From assembly GCA_016748015.1 (NCBI GenBank), contig JAAOMT010000128.1:441538-505537 (forward strand): DNA of 64,000 nucleotides, written 5' to 3'. This stretch comes from Geosiphon pyriformis uo1. Lineage: Eukaryota; Fungi; Glomeromycota. The notes under the pieces are model-generated. The model saw only the letters and a list, made by a program, of their open reading frames with translations, was not told the DNA's origin and did not search any database. Both the position numbers and the translations under genes were made by a program. Shown here in pieces: positions 1 to 11,908 of the stretch (positions are counted from its first letter, which is position 1; the number at the start of each line of letters is the position of its first letter).

Positions 1-1620
1 CAATGTTAAAGCTGACAAAGAAAAAATTATGGTAAATGACAAGCTGATCTGCTGGCTCTACTATGATATCCTCAGAAGAACCTTTGACAGAAAACCTGAC
101 AAGAAAGCCAAATACAGCTATTGATGACATGATTCTTGTACCAGATGCTGGTGTAATAAATCTTTGTATTCCTCTAGTGATGAATGCAAGTCCTGCCTAA
201 TCTATTACAAAGATTGGAAGCCAATTAGTTTAATACCCAGAAAAAAACTAAAAGAAGTACAGAAATCCTTTGAGAGTGAACTACCTGAAATTCAATCCCT
301 AGTTGTAGAACAAAGAGAACCTTTTCCTGAAGAAAGAAAAGTGGACATTGAAAATCTGTTGGCTAGAAATAGCCCAGTTATTTTAAAAGAAGGTGACACC
401 TTTGAACGAACTCATGTGATACAACACATCATTACCACAAAAGAAACTCGTTCTATCTATTTGAAGCCTTATTAATCCAATTGATACAATGATGAGTTTA
501 TCAAGAAAGAAATAAACAGGATAAAAGATCTTGGATTCATACAGGAAACCAAGAGTAAATAGGCTTTCCCAGTTGTAGTGGTATCCAAGAAAGATGGAAC
601 CCTATGTTTCTGTATTGACTATTACCAATTAAATGCCATTACTATAAGAGACATGTACTCACTCCCCAAAATTGATGCAATACTAGATAAATTCAATAGT
701 GCTGATTTCTTCTCAATTATTAATTTAACTGCTAGATTCTGGCAAGTAGAGATGGATCTAGAAAACAGAAAGAAAACTGCTTTTATCACCAAGTATGGCA
801 CCTATAAATTCACAGTTATGCTTTTTGGTCTCACCAATGCTCCTTCTACCTTTTAATGCCTAATGGATAAAGTGTTTGAATCAGTAAAAAAAAACTTTGT
901 TTTGGTTTACTTGGACGACATAATGGTATATTCAAAAACCTGGAATGAATATCTTGAACATTTACAGAAGATTTATGATCTGCCCAGAAATGCTGGCCTT
1001 AAGATCAACTCAATCAAATCTTTTTTTAGATGCCAATCCACTCAGTTCCTTGGTTATTTTATTATAAAAGATAGAATCTTCTCTGATTCAGCTAAAGTTG
1101 AAAAAGTTCAGAACATTAGACAACTAATAAATGTTTCTGACTATACTTTTTTCTTGGTTTGGCCTCTTACTATTGCAAATTTATTAAAGATTTCTCTAAA
1201 ATTGCCTTTTTTCTCAATTAGCTACTCAGAAAAAATGTCAATTATCACTGGAGAACTCATCAACAAAAAGCTTTTGAAATTCTGAAGGAAAAACTTGTTA
1301 CTAAACCAATTCTCAAGCAACCTAATCTGGACCAATCTTTTATCCTTTACACTGATACATCTGGTTATAAACTTGGTGCTGTCCTTTCACAGAAAGATGA
1401 AAATGGCAGAGAACATGTTATAGCATATGCCAGTAGATCCCTTATACCAGCAGAAAAAAACTATTCAGTTACTAAACAAAAATGTCTAGCAATAGTTTGG
1501 GCTACTAGCTACTGGGATCAATATCTTCTTGGTACAAAATTCTTAGTGGTAACAGATTATCAAGCCTTGGTTTGACTGCACAATAAAAAAAAGCTGAAAC
1601 ATAAATGAATAACTTGCTAG
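1..1620 (+). pseudogene. Element A pol remnant (Cys-rich linker, RT, N-part of RNase H); RNase H resumes at 11745-11847
   Basis: ORF fragments 164-475, 578-856 and 863-1285 broken by TAA/TGA. The E copy reads RITCWIL uninterrupted across the B insertion point. Confidence 0.9.
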
Positions 1621-2468
1621 TGTTACTCATAAAAAAAAACAGATATAGAAAATAGTAGACCAATAAGAAAATAGTATTTAGCACATGAGCACATTGCTCA
1701 GCAATGTAGAGCAATGTGGAGCAATATCAGAAAGCATGATATATTGCTTAATAATATGGAGTGATGTTAAAAAATTAGGGCACATTGTTTAGCAATGTGA
1801 ACATTGCTCAAGAAATCATAGCACATTGTTCGGGAATGTGAGCAATCTCATAGAACATCAATTATGTATATATAGTGGTAGTATTAGAAGTAGAAAGAGC
1901 AGAATTTTTAGTTAGAAATCTTCCATCCACAAATATTAAATAAATAAATTATCTACTATTCAAATCCATTTTCCACTATTAATACTTTATGTTGATAGTA
2001 ATTGATACTTATCTATGCTGGAACAATAGCTCCTGATCATGACTATTGACGAGATACTAACTTGTGCATCATCTTGGCTTATTTTTTTATTTTTTTTTAT
2101 TTATTTCTTTCTTTGATTTTTCTTGTTGAATACTAACTGATTAAGGATTAAAGTGCTAAGTAATTGACATCACAGATAGCTTGGTAAAAGACCCAGAAAT
2201 AAGAGTAAAATTATATATATTAACAGATAGCTTACCAGAAGGACACAAATGCCAGAATAAACCAGCCACCAAGCTGAAGACAGAAATTAGGAACACAACT
2301 CACCAACCAACTACATTGTCATTGAATCTCTGTCCATTATACAAAGAACTCCACTCTAAAACCTTCAGATACAACCAACATGCCAGTAACATCAATATTG
2401 TCAAGATATTAAGTACCAAGTTACAGATTTGTTATTTGATTTGAGATCTCAAATAATCATCTATAACA
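1621..2468 (+). repeat. 5' LTR of element B; U3 has ~40-bp tandem units with palindromic core CATTGCTCAGCAATG; TATA-like TATATATAG near 1867
   Basis: Direct repeat of 10880-11744 with TG...CA termini. Confidence 0.95.
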
Positions 2469-2470
2469 TT

Positions 2471-2487
2471 TGGTGCTCTCTGTGAGG
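2471..2487 (+). promoter_or_regulatory. Primer-binding site TGGTGCTCTCTGTGAGG (probably elongator tRNA-Met)
   Basis: Starts 2 nt after the LTR with TGG. The same PBS occurs at 18083, 59507, 41497-41513 (-) and partially at 30483-30498 (-). Confidence 0.85.
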
Positions 2488-2530
2488 TATAATCCTACAG
2501 AGAACCAGCACCATCAACAATTATCCAAAA

Positions 2531-5500
2531 GTGGCAGAATCAGAAATCATAGGAACAAACCATTTAGGATTTGCCAAATCCTTATTCCAACAGTACAGTC
2601 AACAGTTAGAATTGAACAATAATTATTTCCCAGCAAAATCAGCCTTTAACTTTTATGTCAATGATAAAATTACAGACTGCTTAGGAGGAACAGTTAACAT
2701 TGAATCCACAAGAGAAAATTTCTATACAGAATTATTTCAACATACCAGCTTACTAAGAAACTACAGTTTTGCACCAATTATTAGGGAAATCAATTAAATT
2801 ATTAAAAGATATACACAACAACAATTCCCCATCACCTACACAAATAAAGACAAAAGAAGATTGCAAATCCCAGCAGTAACACCAAAACAAATCCAACCAT
2901 CCAATTGGAAGAAAACCCGAGTTAAATCACCCACCCATCCATCATACCATTATATGCCCAAAAGTGCCATCAACATTTCATCAACAGATGTGTCCACATT
3001 AAACACAACATCAATCTTTGAATGCTTCCCATTTCAAAGTAAACAACAAAAAGCAGAGTTATTAAGATGATATGGTGATTACTTTGAAGGATTTAAATCA
3101 TGATTGCCAACACCATCAGAATTCTAATCACCACCACCTTAACCAGATTTCAGAAACACAAGTCCTTGGGAAATAATAAAATCAGAAAAAGAGGAAAAAG
3201 AAGAATCTGAAGATCAAAAATTTACTTACTAGAACCCGATCACAGAAAACTTGGAATTTGGAACCCCAAAACTTCAAACCCAGCAAAATTCAAATTTAGA
3301 AAACCCAGAAATCGAAACTCCAAATATTCAACCACCACGAAATCAGAACAATCAAAATTCTGATCTAATTAATCAACTGAACATATCTCCTGTTATCGTC
3401 ATTAACCCACCACCAATTGAACTGATTGGCCAGCCACTACAACAACCACACCAGCAGATTCAACAGCCACTAGTACTACTTCAACAACTACCACAACCCA
3501 ACTTAGATCCAATGGTATATGCACCAATAGCCAAACTTGAAAAATTCACCAGTGAAAAGGACAATGCCCAAGTATGGCTAAATAATATGGAGAAAGCCAT
3601 TGTAGCTAATAGATGGAATAATGCCAGAGCCATGCAAGCCATTCCATATTTTCTTCAGAATACTGCCAATTTATGGTACCAAAGTCTGGTCAACAAACCC
3701 CAAAATTTCAATGCATTCAAAATAAAGTTCTTAAGATATTTCAGCAACAATAACAGCATTAACAGATTAGCAAACATCTTTATTACCATTAAACAAGGAG
3801 AAAATAAAGTAGTCACTACTTACTTAGGATGCTTTTACAGGAATCTGCACCAGATCCAAGTCATTGACCCCAATTATTTCACAGTAGTCCAGATTCTAAA
3901 TCAGTTTATTCGCGGATTATGCAGTAGCATCCTGTAATGTGTACGTCCAATGCATCCCATTAATTTGCAAGCAGCTGTCACAAATGCCAGAGATTTTGAA
4001 GCCGCTGAACTCAAAGCTAATCATGTCCAAGCTGTTAATCTAGTAATAAATGGATCATCTAAATTGGATTCCAAATTGAAACAATTTAGTAATTTCATCA
4101 ATCAGAAATTAGAGAAATACTTAGCTGACAATCACGCAATTTATCAACCACCACAACAACGCAATAATTCCAGAAATGCAAATCATTTCCAGAATTAGTC
4201 ATGTTTATCATCATCGATCAATCAACAATGGCAACAGGAAATGTGTGTTTGCCACTATTGTGGTAAACAAGGATATTTACAAATTAATTGCTGCCATCAC
4301 TTAAATAACCAATGATCAGAAAATCAATATTGAAACTTTGATCACTGGTTTCAAATTCCAAATAACCCACCAAACTCAGAACTATATCATCAGAATTACT
4401 TACCTATGATGCAGCAGCCACCATATCAACCACCAGTATATTAAACACCAATTTATCAACTGATAACACCAGCAAATTATTAGCCACAGCCACAATCTAT
4501 TTATTAGCTGCAGCCTCAGGTAATATATCAGCTCCAACAAATTCAAACACCACCACAGAACTTATCTCAAAACAGAACCCAAAGGCCAAAATTGACCCAA
4601 CAAAGCTGAAGATTGTTGATGGTAGTCCACCAACTGATTCCCAGTTCTTCTACACAACCAGCAGGATTTTGACAATAGAATTCGGGCACCGAGTACACCT
4701 AACACCCAAATTCTCAGAACTATTTAAGTCTACTGGTTACCCCAGAAGATGCTCAACCCAATAACCCGGAAACCAACCAACACTCAACACTTACCAGCAA
4801 AATTCTGCCAGCTACTATTACCGAAAACAAATCACTGAATGCCATCTTTCCATTTGAACTTAAAGAACCATCAACCACACTGTTATTTAGTGGAGCCATT
4901 CTGGAAGAAAAACCAATTATCACCATGTACACTAATGTAAAAGTTGATAACCATGTCATCAAACTGATCCTAGATAGTAGATCAGCTAACAGTATTATTA
5001 CATGACAACTCATGAACCAATTAGGTCACCAAGTTGATCATGCTGCTAGTGTACACATAATCACTGCTGATGGAGTAACTAAAACTCCAATTGGCAAAAT
5101 TGACAACTTCCCTTTCGAAGTCAATGACATCATTACTCCCATCAAAGTCCTAATGATAGAAGCAACCCAATATTAAGCATTGGTAGACAATGATTAGTTA
5201 TTCAAAACTAATGCCATACTCGATTGAACCACTTAAAAATTACAATTTAGTCAAAACAGTCGACACATATGTGTACCAGCCACATGTGGCTATTTTAAGA
5301 CCACCAACTTGACAACTCCACTCATCAAATTGGAAGAAAAAAAGGAAAAACCTACCTGAGAAGCTTATCAAATGTCCTGAGCCAATGAAGATTACAACAA
5401 ACTACCACCTATACTCTCCTGGGACGACAATGGCAAAGAAAAACAGAAGGAGACCGAACTTACCTGGAATACCAACCAAACCTGAGAAATCAACAACAAC

Positions 5501-8500
5501 CAGGATGAACTAACTTGAGAGTGAACAGACAATAATAGTAAGGGAAAAAAAAAAGAGAAGGAAAAGAAAACAACACCCACCAACAGTACTTATAGTCCAC
5601 ATGCTTACACTTTACCACTACTGTCTGGCTATTGTTGACCAAAACTGGTATGTATTAATTGCAACAAAAAATTGTCATCAATAGGTGCATGCTGTGGTAA
5701 TAACGAAGAATACTCTACTGCCACCAAATTTTATTGACATCCATGCATCATAAAATGCTTTGGATAATCAAAACGATAAAAAAAGTGGGACAACCAATCA
5801 TGTTTCACATGTGAAACTATCTTACCTGATAAAGGAATGTGGAATGACATTCCTGGGTGCAGAGGAATGTGCGACAAGACATGCCAGTATACCATCTTGA
5901 TAAATGACTGAGTATACAAGGGAACACCAATTGATGATGCATGGAAAAGAGTGCTACAATGATTAGAAAAATATTCCCATAATGAACATAAACTTTGGAG
6001 AATGGCATATGTGAAAGCAGAAGGCACAACAACCAACAAATTACTGAAAATAAAAAACAATCCTCTATCTCTTTCTGAACCCAAATATGTTCAAACTTTT
6101 GATGTCTTTGGTAATATTGAGGATGACCCAGAGGAATTTCATGAACATTACTAGCAATTAGCACCCAGCAGAGAAGAGCAAGAACAATGCTTGGAAGAAA
6201 TAAACACCCAATTATATGACCACTGTTTGATCTTATGTGACTTTTAGTATTGTAATGAGTGTGACCTTATTTACAATCCACCACCATGCATGATCTACAT
6301 GATCCCAAAAGAAGACAAACCAATGAGCAACTGCATATCAGAATTAGAATCAACTTTCAATCCCAATTCAAACTCCAACAATAATGACAAAGAAAACACC
6401 AGTTTAAGCTCTACTCAATATGACAACAAAAATATCAATGATTCAGATTTCGATTCAAATCCCAAAATATACATTGTACTTCCTGATCTATCTAAAAAAC
6501 AGGAACTCAAATGGTATAGTGATAATAATGAAGGTATCATGCCAGAACACATGCATGACACTGATGTAGAGTTTGATCTAAGATATCCAGGAAAAGAAGC
6601 CATCAAATTGAAACCAAATTTGTGCATATGTATTGATTTCAAAATAGCTTTAGAAATTCTAGTAACAACTATAGTTCAATTAGCATTTAGGAGTAGCTTA
6701 GCAAAAAAAGGAATCAACATCAGAGGAGAAATAATTGACACAGGGTATATAGAAAATATCATTGCTATGCTACAAAATGATTCAGAAAAGGCCTATACCA
6801 TAGAGCCAAATGAAAAGATAGCACAGGCAATATTCTTGTCTTTGGTGAAAGTAGCTAAATTAGTATTAATGGGAAACAGAAAAGAATTAGAGATAACAGC
6901 AAGAGAGATACAGAGATTTGGATCCATGAGTAGAATAGATATACCAGTTAATATGGCAGAGGAAAAAATTGTTGACAAAGAAGAAATTATCTCAACCTGT
7001 CAAACAATTTTCATTTTGCTATATGACCAGTATATGTTAGTCATAAAAAGGGAAGTAAGAGATCAAGCTTAATTGTTTGAAGCAGAAGCCACTATTTGTG
7101 AATCAGGGGAGATTAGACTCACCAATCTCTACATATCAGCCAAAAGCCCCAAAAACATCAAAATCTCTATCTATAATACAACTGAAAAAGTCATCAAAAT
7201 ACCAAAGAGAACCATCATTGAATATTTAACCACCAAAGTTGAGGATCAACCACCAAACCACATTCCAGATTTTTCACACCTTTGCGGATATGTGGACATT
7301 ACATCACAAACCATTTATGGAAGAAGTGAATGTTATCTGCTCCAACCAGAACAATTAGAACAGATGAACATGGGAAATCTAGATCCACTTCAACAGATGC
7401 AACTCAAGATGTTACTCAACAATTTTAATGACATTTTTGCTAGTAAAAATGAATTTGGCCAAACCAACATCATCCAGCATCAAATTAAGACTAAAGATGC
7501 AATGTCAATTAAACAAAGAGCATACAGAGTACCACCAACTAGCCATGAAATCATTCATCAAGAAATTAACCAAATGCTTGACAATAGACTAATTCAGCTA
7601 TTAATAAATCCATGGTCATCACCAGTGGTTCTGGTCCATAAAAAAAATGGAAAAATCCGTTTTTGTGTAGACTACCAGAAACTAAATAGAATAACAAAAG
7701 ATGATAGCTATCCAACTCCAAAGATCCAAGAACTATTTGATGCTTTTGGAGAAAATAAATAGTTCTCAACACTAAATTTAGATAGTGGTTATTGGCAAGT
7801 AGTTATGGATCCAGCCAACAAAGAAAAAACAGTGTTCATCACAAAAAAAGGAAATTTTGAGTTTAAAGTCATGCCATTTGGCTTGATAAATGCTCCAGCA
7901 ACATTCCAACAGCTCATGAAAATTGTCTATACTGGATTACTATAGAAATCAGTAGTCATATACTTGGATAACACCAATGTGTTTTCAAAAACATTCAATG
8001 ATCATCTGCATCATCTTTAACAAATGTTCAAAAGATTAAGAAGAACAGAATTAAAACTAAATGCAACCAAATGTTTCTTTGGAAAAACTGAACTCAAGTT
8101 TTTGGGACATGTAGTGAGCAAAGATAGAATCAAAACAGATCCAGACAAGATTAAAGTAGTTAAGAACTTTTCAGTACCAATCAACTTAACAGAACTAAAA
8201 GCATTTTTAGGTTTCGTAAACTATTATCACCATTTTATCAAAGACTTTTCAAAACTGGCTCAGCCATTTTATCATTTACAGACCAAAAATATGAAGTATG
8301 AATAGACCAAAGCTTAACAAGAAGCATTTGACACATTAAGAAGAAAGCTTATTCAAGCTCCAGTATTGATGTATCCAGATCACAGCAAACTATTCATAAT
8401 CACTATTGATGCATCAGGTCAAGCATTGGAAGCAGTACTATCACAGAAAAGATCAGATGGAAGAGAACATCCAGTAGCTTATGCCAGTAGAAGCTTAAGT

Positions 8501-8764
8501 CCAGCTGAAAAAAACTATGGAACTCCAGCACTAAAACACTTAGCTATCTATTGGGCTGTTATCAAATAAAAGAAATACTTAAGTCAAAAGTTTGAAGTGT
8601 ACACTAATCACAAAGGATTGACTTCAATCCAGAAACAAGAATTTGCAGATGATTGCCATGCCAAATAAAAAATAAAACTTTTACTATTTAATTATATAGT
8701 ACATTATAAAAAGGGAAAAAACAATGGAAATACCAACGGACTGTTGTGAATGAGACAAATCTAA
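2531..8764 (+). pseudogene. Element B gag-protease-Cys-rich-dUTPase-RT-RNase H polyprotein (one ancestral frame, many premature stops)
   Basis: Fragments starting at 2531, 2861, 3251, 3950, 6290, 7073, 8024 and 8366 share one frame. Motifs: zinc knuckle ~4245, protease LILDS ~4965, dUTPase FDLRYP/RSSLAKKGI/GEIIDTGY, RT RFCVDY, RNase H TIDAS/AYASR. Confidence 0.92.
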
Positions 8765-8793
8765 AAACATTTTAACCAAAAATATAACAAAAG

Positions 8794-10170
8794 ATGAATA
8801 TACAAAAATACCAATAACTTCAATATTATATAAATATCCAATTGTTCAAGGAAAAATTATCTTAAAAAGAACAAAGAAACATAAAACAACAATTAAAAAA
8901 TTTTATTAACCATCAAAATATACTTTACTGAAAGAACAGAAGAAATCCAGATTAACCAACTAAAGTAATCACAGAACCAAAAAAAGAGACAATATTATTC
9001 AACATGCACTCAGACCCAACAGCAGGACATTTTCATAAAGAAGTGACCATGGAAAGAATCAGAAAGAGATATTATTGGCCATCAATGTATCCAGACATTA
9101 TCCAATATGTTCAGAATTGTGATGCTTGTTAGAGAAGAGGTGGAACAAAACCAAGTGAACCATTAAGACCAATCAAAGTAGGACAACCATTTAATCATAT
9201 TAGAATTAACTTAGTCAGACCATTAACAATCACCAGCAGAGGCAACAAATATATCGCAGTAGCCATAGACTATCTCACAAAATGGCCAGAAGCAAAAGTC
9301 ATTCAAAGAGCAGATACAAAATCTGTTGCTGAATTCGTCCATTAAGATTTAATATGTCAACATGGATGTCCAAAAGAACTACTATCAGATCAAGAAACTC
9401 ATTTTGTGAATAGAACATTAACAAAATTAAGTCAAAGATTTGGGATAAAAAGACCATTATTATCACCATATCATTCACAAACAAATAGACTAGTTAAAAG
9501 ATTTAACAGAACACTGTGTGAAGCAATCACCAAAATCAGTCAAGAAAACCAAGATGAATAAGATTTGTTTATACCATCAGTATTATTTGCTTATTAGACA
9601 ATGAGACAAGATACTATACAAACAACACCATTTGAATTGGTATATGATAAGACAGCAACATTACCAGTTAAAAGAGAAGTCAGCACATATCCAACAGAAC
9701 CAATAACAGAAGCTAATTTCCAAGAAATATTGTTGAGAAAAACATATGACCTAATGGAAACACTAAAAAACAGATGACAAAAAGTAGATAATAACATTCA
9801 AAAGTCTCAAGAAAAGCAAAAAGAATGACATAATAACCAATTATTAGATAAACCAGTTGAATTCAAGATTGGAAACAAAGTACTTCTACATCATACCAAA
9901 GCAGAAAAACAATGGAGTGGAAAATTCAATCCCAAATGGAATGGACCATTTCACATAGAAGAAATTCTGGGAAATAGAGCTTATAAACTAAGATGGGACA
10001 ACAAAATCTTAGCCAAAGCAGCACATGGTGATCGACTGAAACCATATCACCAAATAGCATCATCATCTACCAATAACATTCCACAATTAGGAGTACAACG
10101 AATACTGGTTCAACCAGATGAGATTCCATGAGATCTGAAACCAATCATAATCATTGGACCAAACACGTAA
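8794..10170 (+). pseudogene. Element B integrase, a separate ORF with its own ATG (HHCC, DDE core, GPF motif, no chromodomain)
   Basis: ATG 8794 (MNIQKYQ) lies 29 nt after the RNase H stop, in a different frame. Motifs: HSDPTAGH, YYWP, DYLTKW, WNGPFHI. Confidence 0.88.
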
Positions 10171-10230
10171 AATCAAACAATAAAAAAGTATATAAAGACA
10201 CAGTATACGTGACAAAAGCAACCAAGAAAA

Positions 10231-10866
10231 ATGGAAATGCCAGATCATATTTATGCTATAGCTCAACAATTATTCCAGACCTTAAGTCAACAATCTTTAG
10301 ACATGGAAATTATCATTAACAACCAAACAATTTGCTATTGAAACACCAAAAGAAAGACAAAGAATACACCATATTAGTGGTTACCAAAGAATAATAAAAA
10401 CTGGTCAGATAACATAATAGAAAAAGTAAAGAACACTTTTGGGAAAATACCTATTATGGTACCAACAGAAGAACTTACAAAAGAAAATTGGAAGCAATAA
10501 ACAGAACAACTTCTAATATCATACTGTTACTACCAGTTAGGTCGAAAGTTGAATATTCAAGAGTTGTATACCAACAAATCCAAGAAGATATTTAACCAAA
10601 ACATAATACAGCAAATTAAAAAATTTATTGGGAAAAAAGCGAATTCAACACTACATATAAGAACAATTTACTGACTGCACAACATATTTTAGAACTACCC
10701 AGAAATACTGTTACACTCTAAAATAGAAACCATAACCATTAACCAATAAGGAAAAATAAACAATACACAAGTAGAAGATGTGAAAAACAGAGTTGAACAA
10801 ACAATACTTGAAAAAAAAGTATTAAAATTAATTCAAAACAAAAATTTTGATGAAGCTCAATATTAA
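10231..10866 (+). pseudogene. Element B ORF3, ~211 aa, unknown function
   Basis: MEMPDHIYAIAQQLFQ...NFDEAQY*, one frame with internal stops; conserved in C at about 44307-44940. Confidence 0.7.
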
Positions 10867-10879
10867 AAGAAAGAGATAA

Positions 10880-11744
10880 TGTTACTTATAAAAAAGAAAA
10901 ACAGATATAAAAAATAATAGACCAATAAGAGAATAGTATTTAGCATGTAAGCACATTGCTCAACAATGTGGAGCAATGTCAGAAATCATGGCATATTGCT
11001 CAGCAATGTGGAGCAATATCAGAAAGCATAGTATATTACTCAGCAATGTGGAGCAATGTTAAAAAATTAGGGCATATTGTTTAGCAATGTGAGCATTGCT
11101 CAAGAAATCATAGCACATCGCTCAGAAATGTGAGCAATCTTATAGAACATCAATTATGTATATATAGCAGTAGTGTTAGAAATAGAAAGAACAAAATTTT
11201 TAGTTAGAAATCTTCCATCCACAAATATTAAATAAATAAATCATCTACTATTCAAATTTACTCTCCACTATTAATACTTTATGTTAATAGTAATTGATAC
11301 TTAACTATGCTGGAACAATAACTCTTGATCACAGCTATTGATGAGATACTAACTTGTGCATCACCTTGGCTCATTTCTTTATTTTTTTTTATTTCTTTCT
11401 TTCTTTGATTTTTCTTGTTGAATACTAACTGATTAAGAATTAAAGCGCTGAGTAATTGACGTTATGGATAGCCTGGTAAAAGATCCAGAAATAAGGGTAA
11501 AATTATATATATTAACAAATAGCTTACCAGAAGGGCATAAATGCCAGAATAAACTGGCCACCAAGCTGAAGACAGAAATTGGAAACACAACTCACCAACC
11601 AACTATATCATCATTGAATTTCTGTTCATTATACAAAGGACTCTACAACAAAACCTTCAGATATTACCAACAACATTATATTAATTGAGCATCCAGTTAC
11701 AGATTTGTTATTTGCTTTGAGACCCCAAATAATCACCTGTAACA
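10880..11744 (+). repeat. 3' LTR of element B
   Basis: Preceded by a purine tract; matches 1621-2468. Confidence 0.95.
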
Positions 11745-11908
11745 CTGAATACTCCACTTGAATGAATTTAACTATGATATTCAATACCACAAAAGAGCAA
11801 ATCATCAAAATGCTGATGCTCTTTCTAGACTTACCATCTAGTGATAGTACAACCTCTCAAACCAAACCAACTTAATTATTAGTAACTCCTTCACAAACAA
11901 ACACAATA

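Larger units (their letters stand above)
1621..11744 (+). mobile_element. Full-length decayed Ty3/Gypsy element B (family 2, dUTPase-bearing), nested in A
   Basis: LTRs at 1621-2468 and 10880-11744 (TGTTA...TAACA), PBS 2471-2487, PPT about 10865-10879. TSD is CTAG/CTGA; the empty site in E reads CTGG. Confidence 0.95.

Noticed and set aside
1680-1860. CRISPR-like array of palindromic repeats
   Set aside because: The units are degenerate tandem repeats without unique spacers, sit inside LTR U3 in eukaryotic DNA, and no cas genes are present.
2181-2444. ORF repeated at 11464-11688
   Set aside because: It lies inside the two LTRs of B, has a non-ATG start, and is not kept in the C or F LTRs.
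10231-10866. env gene or chromodomain downstream of integrase
   Set aside because: No signal peptide, TM segment, furin site or chromodomain aromatic motif is visible.
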